A stretch of DNA of 64,000 bases, taken from NCBI GenBank assembly GCA_976226885.1, contig OZ320316.1:26040001-26104000 (forward strand), given 5' to 3'. The stretch comes from Iphione sp. A-MEVVRFRX5. Taxonomy: Eukaryota. The position numbers were made by a program, and so were the translations under genes. This document shows positions 53,504 through 63,110 of the stretch, one piece after another (position 1 is the first letter of the stretch; the number at the start of each line of letters is the position of its first letter). The notes beneath the pieces are model-generated. The model saw only the letters and a program-made list of their open reading frames with translations, did no database searches and had not been told where the DNA came from.

Positions 53504-53810
53504 CTGCAATCATGAAAACAACAGGTTAAAACCATTCAGTAATTTACTTATTCCACTTACATAACATACACACACAGACACAACACAAAGAATAAGGTAT
53601 ACATAAAGCATTTATTTTGGCATAACAGAGCTAAGTTGAACTCAGTGTCTTGTAGGCCAGTACACACAAACTGGCCTTATCAGAGGCATGTTGAGCACAA
53701 TAACCATATACAAGTGCAAACAGTGATGCGCCTTGGCAGCAAAAATTGCAATATATATATTTTTGTACCAGAGGGGACATCCTACCAAATAACCACAGGA
53801 ATCAGCCCAC

Positions 53811-54785
53811 TCAAACGAGAGAGGAGAAGCGAGCAGCGGCCCGCCTAGATGCTATGTTCCTTGAGGTGTAAGTTAAATAAGAAGGAAAGCTCTTCCAAGT
53901 ACCTTGAGCCATAATCTCATAAATTTGAGCGCCCATTTCTTGGAGAGAAGTAGCCCCACCCCTTCTAAAACTATGGAGGGAGTATTGATCTGACGGGAGA
54001 CCTAATTTCTTAATGATGACACTAAGGGACTTGGACACCCTTGTAACTGATAGAGGAAGGGTCAACAGGGGGTCGACGAACATAGGTTGAAGTGGGGAAA
54101 AGGTAGGGGAAAGGGCCAGCATGTGTCTGAGGGCTTTCACAGGGCAGAGTTCAGAAGAGGGGAGAGCCGGGACGGTAATCTGAGGTCTGTCATTGCGTGA
54201 CAAAGTCTTCGACCACTTTACAGTAATAATTAAACCGTCGTCAGTAATTTCAACATCTCCCCTGGTAACTTGCCTTGAGGGATCAAAGGAGAATGGAGTC
54301 TTAGGGAGTACGTTGGACTGCCGCACCATGCTATAGAATAAGAAAAGAAAGAGTGCCTTAAGGGTGGCGCCTAAAGGGCCCATATGCGCCAACACAGCAA
54401 CAACGTTCGTGAGGTGAGACGTGGTAATAGGCAACTTCTGCTTAACTATATGAGACGACATTTTCTCAACAGCCCTGAGGGCTATGGTAACCCTCGGGGA
54501 ATTCAAAAAGGTAACGTCATGTTCCCCGGCCAGCAAAAACTGCCTCAGGGCGGTGATATGCTGACTGACCACCTTGGGGCTCGTATACATCACATCCAGA
54601 TACTCAATAAACACCAGAATTTCGTCGGTAGATATGTTTTGTAGATCTATGGAGAAAAACACTGCGAAACCAATAAACAACGAGACCATCCTATGTCTAG
54701 CCATAAAGGAATCCTTGGTGATTGCATGCTTCTGTCTCTCGGTGGCGGCTGTAGCCAGGGGAAGCAATCGGGGGTCTGAAATCAA
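53811..54785 (-). CDS. Tyrosine recombinase (YR) of the DIRS-order element
   Basis: FLFYSMVRQSN (Arg I), VKWSKT, LCPVKAL, YSLHSFRRGGAT, GTWKS...YLTY. Confidence 0.95.
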   Translation of the reverse strand: MISDPRLLPLATAATERQKHAITKDSFMARHRMVSLFIGFAVFFSIDLQNISTDEILVFIEYLDVMYTSPKVVSQHITALRQFLLAGEHDVTFLNSPRVTIALRAVEKMSSHIVKQKLPITTSHLTNVVAVLAHMGPLGATLKALFLFLFYSMVRQSNVLPKTPFSFDPSRQVTRGDVEITDDGLIITVKWSKTLSRNDRPQITVPALPSSELCPVKALRHMLALSPTFSPLQPMFVDPLLTLPLSVTRVSKSLSVIIKKLGLPSDQYSLHSFRRGGATSLQEMGAQIYEIMAQGTWKSFPSYLTYTSRNIASRRAAARFSSLV

Positions 54786-54953
54786 AACGACAAAATCTTG
54801 TCAATTTGTGTGTTGGAAGGCGTTACTCTGAACATGTTAGGGTGTGCAGCGAGCAATCTCCTAAGAACACCTTGAAATCTACGTGACGTATCCAATCATG
54901 ACAACGCATCAGCATAAACCATATGTTTGCCTGGGAGGTGACAATAATGTAAT

Positions 54954-56672
54954 TCAAGGTAATTCAAAGCTAGCTTGATGAAACCAAAGGCTCCTAGCTA
55001 TGGCTAAGAGAGTGTCATTTCGAGCTCGGCCACTGGTGAGAGTGGCAACGGTTACTTGATTGTCACAATACACTTTAACATTAGCGCCCCTAGGCAATGA
55101 CCTGGTGAGAGTTCTGACCGCTAACGCTGTGTTAGCTGCTTCAAGGAGATTAATGTGAAAACCTGCCCAAGCTGTGGGGACGGGGAGGGCGTAATAGCAA
55201 TCAGGTGAATACGCCCCGATACCACAGTAGGAGGCGTCGCAATGTAAAACCATGTCTACCCTGTTATTCTTAATTATAGAAACACCATTGGCTCGGGCGA
55301 GGAATCTGACAAACCAATTAAGATCAGCACACACAGGGGCGGTGACTGAAAAGGCTTGAGAGTTACACGGTAATTGCCTTCTGTACTCAGCGAGTATGCG
55401 TCCAACGAAGAGCCTTGCAGGTTTGCATGTTTTGGATACAAAGTTAATGAGTCCTAACAATGAATACATCGAGGTAAAGGGCACATGTTCTTTTGTGAGA
55501 AGGGACCTCGCGGCAGCCAGTGTCTTGAATATCTTCTCTTTGGGTATAGAAATAACGTAATTCACACAGTCGAAACGAACGCCCAGCCATGTGAGCACCT
55601 TGGTGGGGGGCACACACTTAGATTTGGCTAAACAGAGGCCCAAATCTGAAATCATTGTACATACAAAGTCATATGCGGCACTTGCAGTAGACTCATCGTT
55701 CGCAAGGAATACATAATCATCTAGATATGGAACAGCAAATACATTAGGATAATGCTTACGAACGGTATGAATGATACACTCAGAAACACACTGTAAGAAA
55801 AGCGAACTGTATCTGGTGCCGAACGGCAAACGACAATCAAAATACAGCTTATCCTCCACAGCCATAGCGAGGAGGGGCCATGATAGTGGATCTACCACGA
55901 AATTTCTATAGGCACGGGAAAGGTCTATAGCAAACAGGTATGGGTCATTGAACTGTTGGATAGCCCTAACAAGTACCTCCGTAGTGGGGAGGGAGAGATT
56001 AACTGTAGTACCATAGTATGAATTGGGTGGAATATAAGAATTAATTCCACTGTGTGACAAATCAACTATGATCCTCCTTTCTGCGGAGTTGTTCTTGGGG
56101 CGGGACATAATTGGAGAAAGCGTCAGGTCGGAGAAGGGGGGTGAGGTGAACGGGCCCACGAGGGCTTCAAGGGATGTTTCTTTGTCTATATACTGGGTCA
56201 GGTGTGGCATAAACTCTTGCTGAAAAGAATATGGTTGATAGTCTGGTAATCTGGGCAAGTCGAAATGCATATAACCGAGAGGAAAACCGTAAATGATACA
56301 ATCTAATATGAACGAGGAATTTGGAATCTTGGATAATAGACTAGTCCACGTGGGAACGTGAAGCTGTGAATTTAGGGGAATCCTTGCTTCCATAAGATTA
56401 GGACGACCCGTCATTCTCACTGTATCATAGACACTCTTGAGATTAGGGGGGAGACTTTGAGTAGAAGTCGGCCAATGTAGCAGTCTTTGCACCGTGTGAT
56501 AGTCAATGCAAGGCGGCCTCTCGGCCAGGAAGGGGGTGTTATGTAAAGAGTTCAATGTAGAATATTCATGACTGTACTCAGCGGCCCACACAAGGTAGGG
56601 GGAACCGTTGTGATCTACCAGTCGGTGTTGTCCCTCAACCGCTTCTGCGATGGGTCGTTCTGCTTTTGCCAT
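54954..56672 (-). CDS. Reverse transcriptase + RNase H of the DIRS-order element (C-terminus disrupted)
   Basis: RRIIVDLS, IDLSRAYRN, LPFG, YLDDY, WLG; RNase H DASYCGIGA, HINLLE, CDNQVTV. Confidence 0.96.
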   Translation of the reverse strand: MAKAERPIAEAVEGQHRLVDHNGSPYLVWAAEYSHEYSTLNSLHNTPFLAERPPCIDYHTVQRLLHWPTSTQSLPPNLKSVYDTVRMTGRPNLMEARIPLNSQLHVPTWTSLLSKIPNSSFILDCIIYGFPLGYMHFDLPRLPDYQPYSFQQEFMPHLTQYIDKETSLEALVGPFTSPPFSDLTLSPIMSRPKNNSAERRIIVDLSHSGINSYIPPNSYYGTTVNLSLPTTEVLVRAIQQFNDPYLFAIDLSRAYRNFVVDPLSWPLLAMAVEDKLYFDCRLPFGTRYSSLFLQCVSECIIHTVRKHYPNVFAVPYLDDYVFLANDESTASAAYDFVCTMISDLGLCLAKSKCVPPTKVLTWLGVRFDCVNYVISIPKEKIFKTLAAARSLLTKEHVPFTSMYSLLGLINFVSKTCKPARLFVGRILAEYRRQLPCNSQAFSVTAPVCADLNWFVRFLARANGVSIIKNNRVDMVLHCDASYCGIGAYSPDCYYALPVPTAWAGFHINLLEAANTALAVRTLTRSLPRGANVKVYCDNQVTVATLTSGRARNDTLLAIARSLWFHQASFELP

Positions 56673-57540
56673 AGTGGGTTGGAGCTCGCGTAGCCCTGAG
56701 CGTTGATTTTCTTCTTTGTTTGGCAGGCGTCCTGCTTGTGATCCAGGAGTTTACCCATAGAATAAAAACAGACAGGGCACACATGAGCACAGGATAGAAG
56801 GCCGCTGGGGTGGGTGGACTTGTGCTTACAGGAACCTGCAAGCCATTCTGGACAAATAACAGTATTGTCTCTTTGTTTAGACCCTTGATTTGAATGACTG
56901 TGGGCTTGAGGGCTCTTTGCTTGTACTGTTGAATGGCTGCTGTATCATCGAGGGTGACCCTAGCGAAGTTAAAGGCGTCCCAGAGCTCGCCTACCCAGTC
57001 CGAGAGCGGGGCCCAAGGGACTGAATGGGCCTCTGCCGTCAGATCCTTCATATGATCGATCAGGGCGAGCTTGTCCAATGACCTAGGGGCATCTTCATCG
57101 GTTAACATGTGCAGGCAGCCATTGATATACTGGAAGGGGCTAACTGCACTCAGATCAAACTTGTCTTTGGAACGGGTGTAAACGTACACAGCGGGAGAAT
57201 ACCGTGTCCTCCTACCTTTCACCTCCAGAGAATCAGCATAGGTAGATTCCAAGATTTCTTTCATGGTGTCCTTGGCCAATCCTCTGAGTTCCTCGGGGGA
57301 AGGGAGGGAATGGGACGGATTCGTCTCGGTGTCCAGATCGCCATCGTTATGTTGAGCTGACCCGCCTGAAGCACCCTCGTCGGTGATCTTGGTCGATTGT
57401 GAACGAGTGAGAACACCAAGTGTCCCCCTTGTAGTCTTCTTTTTGTCCTTCTCTAGGGACTCGATTCTGGAATTCATGCGTTTAACGTCTGTGGAAAGAT
57501 CTTTAAAAGCAGCTAGGACTTCATTGATTTTGTCCTCCAT
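56615..57540 (-). CDS. Gag-like ORF1 of the DIRS-order element; C-terminal Cys/His finger lies in the -1 frame
   Basis: N-terminal coiled coil in ORF 56635-57540. The -1 frame reads CPEWLAGSCKHKSTH...HVCPVC...DHKQDAC and stops at 56615-56617. Confidence 0.8.
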
Positions 57541-59372
57541 AACGCTTGTATGTATAAGATCACGTCTTGGCGCCGCAGGAATTCAAAGTCAACTGGCAGT
57601 TGAGCCCAGCGTTGGCATGCTCGTGAGGCCCCACCGCAGAGACGTCTGGTGTATATTGATGGAATACAACGTTACCGCCGCCTGCGGTACCCACCCTATT
57701 TATTCCAATCGCTAACCTAACTTGCCCTTCCGTTCTTTCACCCCTGTTGTATTATAGAGCCTTGTAAGGTTCTTGAGAGAACTAGGCAGCTTTGCATTCA
57801 GTAAGAGGAAGTGATTCTTGACGGACCACATTAACAGTATGTATGGGTTGATTTGTTACTGGCTGTTGGGTATTCTTATGCGGTGAATTATTCAAGGGGT
57901 AAATCAAGGGAAGGGACAATACTGTGAATTTGAGTCGTCATTTTGTTGTCGGAAAGGTAGTCGTTTATTTAAGATGTTAGTAAAACATTAATGTGGTGAA
58001 TGGCTCCATCACGATCTTGTGTATTGCGAGTTCAGTCGCAGACTTCTAGAATGTACTAGGTAATGCTCTGTCTGTCTGTCTAGGTAAAGCTCTGGTTTTT
58101 CTTTCCTTCTCTGTCCGTTTCTTTCTCTGTCACTCCACAACCAGATACATGTACATCCATGTAGTCACCATTATCAAACGATTATGCTTCATAGTATATC
58201 TTATGTACCTCAGATGTGTAACGTGCGAGTTTGCCAGCTTTAAGTCTTTAAGTACATGTATTAAGCACGTTGATAAATATGGCATGAGCCTAATGATTGT
58301 ATGAGTCGACGGTGGCACTATTCGGTGATGGCATGAAGCATCCTGGTTTTCTAATGTGATTAGAAAAGACAACGGTTGTTTGGGTTACATGAGCAACTGC
58401 TGGAAAAAAAACAAAATATACGTTGAAGATAGCAGAAAGTAACTAACAGTTAACAAATCATATGGTGCTCCCTAGATTGACGTTAATGATGAACCTAAAG
58501 TAGGTGTAGGGGTCAAGTAAATTTTAGTTTGTGCTGCAGGATCTTAGTGGCAATTTTATAAACTAATATGCTGACAGATATTGTTTGCTCATAACTCAGG
58601 CACTTTTAATCACAGAAACTTGTATTATACCTCATTCTCTTTCTTATGGCATAGGCTTTCATTTGATGTGTTTGATATTAAAATCTGATGATAGGAATTG
58701 CTATGTTTTTATTTGTCTTTAATTGTTCTATAAGAATAACATTACAGTATATTTCTATGGATTACATTTTCAAATTCAGCTATTATATGATTTTGTGGAG
58801 AAAGTAGCACTGAAACTGTATATTTTTGTTTTTATCTTGATCAATACATATATTTAAGCTGAAATATGATTTTGGACAATAATTTTTTGTCAGGTTTTGA
58901 ACTTATAACATGAATTGTCTCCAAGATGACTTCTTCAATGTTGAAAGGAGCCTCTATGAGCATTCTTTTGATGCTCACTGCTGGATAAATGAGCATCAAT
59001 ACCCTAAATTTTCTCCATATTTGAATTACAAATGATGCATAGAATATATCTGTGAAGTTAGAAGAAAATTCATTGCCTACTTATTTTTTAAGCCACCGAG
59101 CTCTTGGTCTTAAACGTTATTGTTAATTGAAATTGTGATTTTGTATCATTAAGCATCGATTCGAGGTGAACATGGTTTTAAAAAAACAGAATATTCTTCA
59201 TGAAGAGAAAATCGAGTGGAACACAATCAACAATATAAGCTCACCACATATTTCCTGATAACAACACGAGATTATGGTATTAAATGATCACACATATCAG
59301 AAAGAAATGTGAGGCGATATCACTGAAAGAAATATAAGCGCAGAGTCAGATGAAAATGTCACACACATTTAC

Positions 59373-59482
59373 CTTAATGCGTTTAGTGTGCGGTGAATCG
59401 GTGAAGGTATCCTTGTATGCCTGTATCAAGCTCACCACATATTTCCTAATAATCCTCTCATCCGGCTTCGGGGTGTCAACAT
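59373..59482 (-). CDS. SYNE1: Nesprin-like exon completing CH2
   Basis: Phase 1/0. DVDTPKPDERIIRKYV matches the consensus DVDV.KPDEKSIMTYV. Confidence 0.93.
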
Positions 59483-60180
59483 CTAAAATGGCATACCTGG
59501 AGAGCTTTAGAATATCCTGAACACATGATTATGGTCGGGTGTAATGTATGCAGACGCAGTACATAAATGAAATAAATGAAAACGCAACCTATCCAATAGG
59601 ATGTAGCCTTGATACAATCTCAGTTTCAAAAAGTATTTGAAATCGACGACTGCAAACTTGCATTAAATTTGCATTAAGATTCATCGACTCACTACACCAA
59701 TAATTGTAATCATTTTTTGACAATGATGAGATGTTGCTTTATCTACCTAACGCCACATCTCCCACAAATCTGTTGGTGACTTTCGATCTTATCTATTTAG
59801 AGTGGAAAATAACGTCTTAAATATACAACTTCTATTATAAAGCTGTGAAGCATCATGCAAATTAAATATACAACGCAATATCTTGTCATACAACACAATA
59901 TCTTGTGCAGGAGTAAGCTGAAACTCAGAGGAAAGTCTCACTGGAGACAATCCCCCGCCTGCATTCACCAGGATATACATGTTTGTGCAAAATAGCTAAG
60001 ATACAACTACATCAGTGTACAAAGAAGACCAGCATATTACTACTTAAGCAATGATCTGGAAATGTAAGGCCTTCGGGCCTCCCCAAACTCCAGAAATAAA
60101 GAAATGTATTTTTAAAAAAAATATGGTTTACATATATGAACGCACAGCACCAGCAGGTAGGTCTATAAAATTCTCCTAAC

Positions 60181-60377
60181 CTTTAGGATCGAGTATCCTC
60201 GGAACTCCAAGGTATCTCTCTGCTATCGAGAAAGCATTTTCCAAATTGGCCGCATTTGATTTCGTCTCCACCCCATCCACAGTTACCAGATGTGGAATAA
60301 TCTTCTGAAGGATAGCATGAAACGTGGAGCCATCCCGCCAACTGACACCGAAGTCTTTGAAGTCGAGTCCAAAAAGT
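60181..60377 (-). CDS. SYNE1: Second calponin-homology domain exon
   Basis: Phase 2/1. KDFGVSWRDGSTFHAIL...NLENAFSIAERYLGVPRILDP is typical nesprin/dystrophin CH2. Confidence 0.95.
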
Positions 60378-60855
60378 CTGCGAGAGTAGAAAGTTATTGT
60401 TTTAGAGGTTAAATGCTCTGCCAGAATACTGATGTATACCAGTCTACAAGGCTAAGCAAGGATTTCAGCATAGTACGTTAAGCAATTCATTGTACTGAGT
60501 GCATTGTCTTCCTATTTCAAGAGTATAACAATTTGAACTAAATAGAATGAGGCCAGCCATCATAAATATCTGGTTTACACGATTTAACAAAATTAAACTG
60601 TTTCTCTTGTTGATATTCTATCAAAGCAGTGAATAGCCAAGGTATGTTAACTCTTACATCTGTCAGGCGTCGGGTATATGTGAATTCCTTCTACTTGCTT
60701 AAATTTAGATTGCGGTAACTTCCCGCTTGATATCGAAGCACGATGAAGTCCCTCCTTCAAATATTTCTTCAGTTTACACATAGCAACCTGGTCAATATTT
60801 CATCTTATATGGCTTTGTGTACCACATGTAGAGGTCAGTTCTGTCAAATATGTGG

Positions 60856-61847
60856 TGTAACACAGTTTGGTAATTCACTATGTTATTTAAAGTGTAAAGT
60901 GTATAGATATATATGTGCTGTGTATAAGCCTCTATGAGCAGTATGTGTGGGGACGCCCTTCGTCCTATCGGTCGGCCTCACAGTGGTGGGGCGCATCGCA
61001 GTCACCGTGGGTTCTTTGTGGGGTGCTAGGCCACACCGGCGGTCAATGCTGAAGGTCCCACCTTCTCTACTTACACTTACATAATAATGGGGGGTTTCCC
61101 CAATAACTTCACACAACAAGTTAGTGCATTTCAGGCGAGCCTCAGTCCTTGGTCTTTCTGTCTTGTCTCTGGTTCAGCAGCCACTCGCGTTGGTACGTCT
61201 GGGAGACCCTCTCCCCGGAGTGTCTGTCCAGTGTCAGTCTGCTCTCTTTTTATTGCGATTTTGCTCATTACATAAAGATCACACCACCACTTATTATTCA
61301 TCATCCCATCCTCATGCCATATTGTCATTGGTTCACAAACATCGGATGACCATGAGCTGATACACCAAGCTCCGCCCTCATACCTCATTGCTGTCGTTTC
61401 ACAATCATTGGATGACCATGGGCTGACACATCACATTTTGTACCAGGATACAATTTCGTCGTGTCATGCTGAACTAATCGATGCTCCCCTCGTTATGTTA
61501 TCAATACTGGGCCTAAACACCCAATGAACCCCCTCTTTATGCTGGTCAAACCCTCGTATCCTGTTTCTGATATGTAGCTCTGCCCCTCCAACGATTGTTC
61601 ACTGATTGCCCTTGATTATGACGGATTGGTCTATAATTATCTAAGCCACTGGTCGAACCCTCGTATCCTGTTTCTAATGTGTAGCTCTGCTCCTCCAATG
61701 ATTGTTCACTGATTATGATTGCCCTTGATTATGACGGATCAGTCTATAATTATCTAAGCCTGCCTATGTGGGTATGATCGGCTACCTTAAACTCTATTCA
61801 TACATTTCTTACCATAAAACTCAATATTCTAGTCCCCATACTTTACA
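60856..61847 (-). mobile_element. 3' LTR (992 bp) of an env-bearing LTR retroelement
   Basis: TGTAA...TTACA termini. Immediately preceded on the minus strand by a G-rich tract. AATAAA at 61249-61254. Internal ~107-bp duplication. Confidence 0.85.
61542..61760. repeat. Two-copy ~107-112 bp tandem duplication in the putative U3
   Basis: CTGGTC(A/G)AACCCTCGTATCCTGTTTCT...TATAATTATCTAAGCC twice. Confidence 0.95.
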
Positions 61848-61864
61848 TACCCCCCCCACTTAAG
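61848..61864 (-). promoter_or_regulatory. Polypurine tract (plus-strand primer)
   Basis: AAGTGGGGGGGGTA abutting the LTR-initial TG. Confidence 0.8.
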
Positions 61865-61895
61865 ATTTTGGAATCGGTATTCCAATATCTACAAC

Positions 61896-62753
61896 CTATT
61901 CTCGAGGTGGCGGCGGAATTGTTGCTCCCTGAGGTATGCCCTCGGCTCCGCGGCGTTCAGACCGTATAGCTTCTCTTCTGAGCGTTTCTCGGGTTAGTAT
62001 GTGGTGGACGCTTAGGCTGACACGAGGAGTCATAGTGCCATCATCCTCAAACATGGCGTCGCATTTAGGACATCCATCCCAAGCATCCACCACGCTCCAG
62101 AAACATCGCCCATGTATTATTGCACCACAGCATGGCATGCGGCTTGCCTGCCCAACATGCCACCCGGAGTTTTGCACATACACTATTTCCTTTCTACAGA
62201 TACAGCACACTGTGGTCTTATGCCTGTTTTTGTAGAGCCTACTTCGTTCAACACTCCGCAGCACCGATCGAATCTTGCTTTTCGAGAATGCCCTATGGGC
62301 TTGATGATTTTTGATCTTTTGGATAAGGTTCTCCACCGAGTACCCCGCGTGTGTTGCTAGTAGACTAAGGGTAAGGGAGCCGCGAGGACTCTCCGTACCA
62401 TATAGCTCGAGGACTTCTCCCAGGAAGTCATGGGCCTGCGTTGGTTGGTGGGTTATGCCATACTCCAATAAGTGTTCGAACAATTTATCGCATGCAAAAT
62501 AGTTAAGGAACTCTACGTATTTGCTAGCTTGGGAGTCCCACATGCGAGCCCATATTCTCGCCGTCACCTCTTGATCGCTAGTATCTGATCCCAATATCTC
62601 TAGGACCTTGGTGTACTCTCCTTCGTCTAATATTGGGGGCAACCCACAGATACTCGTTTCCTTGATGTTATCATAATGCAGCAAGGCTTCGAAGTACTTA
62701 CTTCGTTGCGCTAACTGCTGGACATCAGTCTCACCCAATTTTACTTCCCCCAT
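61896..62753 (-). CDS. Intronless BTB/POZ-like + RING-finger protein (285 aa), accessory gene inside the LTR element
   Basis: QLAQRSKYFEALL...IKET resembles the BTB LAARS.YF..LF...KES motif. C-terminal C-x2-C...PCC-x4-H-x2-C-x10-CPKC. Lies between env and the PPT. Confidence 0.75.
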   Translation of the reverse strand: MGEVKLGETDVQQLAQRSKYFEALLHYDNIKETSICGLPPILDEGEYTKVLEILGSDTSDQEVTARIWARMWDSQASKYVEFLNYFACDKLFEHLLEYGITHQPTQAHDFLGEVLELYGTESPRGSLTLSLLATHAGYSVENLIQKIKNHQAHRAFSKSKIRSVLRSVERSRLYKNRHKTTVCCICRKEIVYVQNSGWHVGQASRMPCCGAIIHGRCFWSVVDAWDGCPKCDAMFEDDGTMTPRVSLSVHHILTRETLRREAIRSERRGAEGIPQGATIPPPPRE

Positions 62754-63110
62754 GATATATGGTGCTTAACTAAATTGGTTACACACAGGTTAAACTAAAA
62801 AAAAAGGAACGAGTAAATACCGTTATGAATACACTTGCTGCAGTGTGCTAACAACAATAGGAGGACAACCACTATTTGTATATAACACGTCACAGACTTA
62901 ACCCAAACAATCAATAGACAGTGAGATCAACGACCTTCAATCCTTAGTAATAATACACTAGGCTTGTGCGGTTTTGAACTGAATAGGCGCTATCCTATTC
63001 TTCACGGAAATGAACCTGTAACCTCTCAATAGTGCATCCAGACACAAATGTACTACAGGTAACTGAATAGGCGCTATCCTATTCTTCGCGGGGATGTAAA
63101 CTAGTTACAC

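Larger units (their letters stand above)
53560..57730 (-). mobile_element. DIRS-order (tyrosine recombinase) retrotransposon, Ngaro/PAT-like, near full length but mutated; ends approximate
   Basis: Gag, RT/RNase H and YR ORFs in order on one strand; AATAAA near 53610-53615 after YR. Confidence 0.92.
18444..60377 (-). other. SYNE1: Nesprin-1/SYNE1-like gene, partial (first CH exon(s) lie beyond the right edge; 3' terminal exon not identified)
   Basis: 25 non-repeat exons plus the repeat-exon array join in compatible splice phases. CH2 and C-terminal spectrin repeats resemble nesprin-1. Orthology versus paralogy is not established. Confidence 0.85.

Noticed and set aside
59789-59980. ORF considered as the exon following CH2
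   Set aside because: Weak acceptor and no CH-end motif; exon 59373-59482 (DVDTPKPDER) fits instead.
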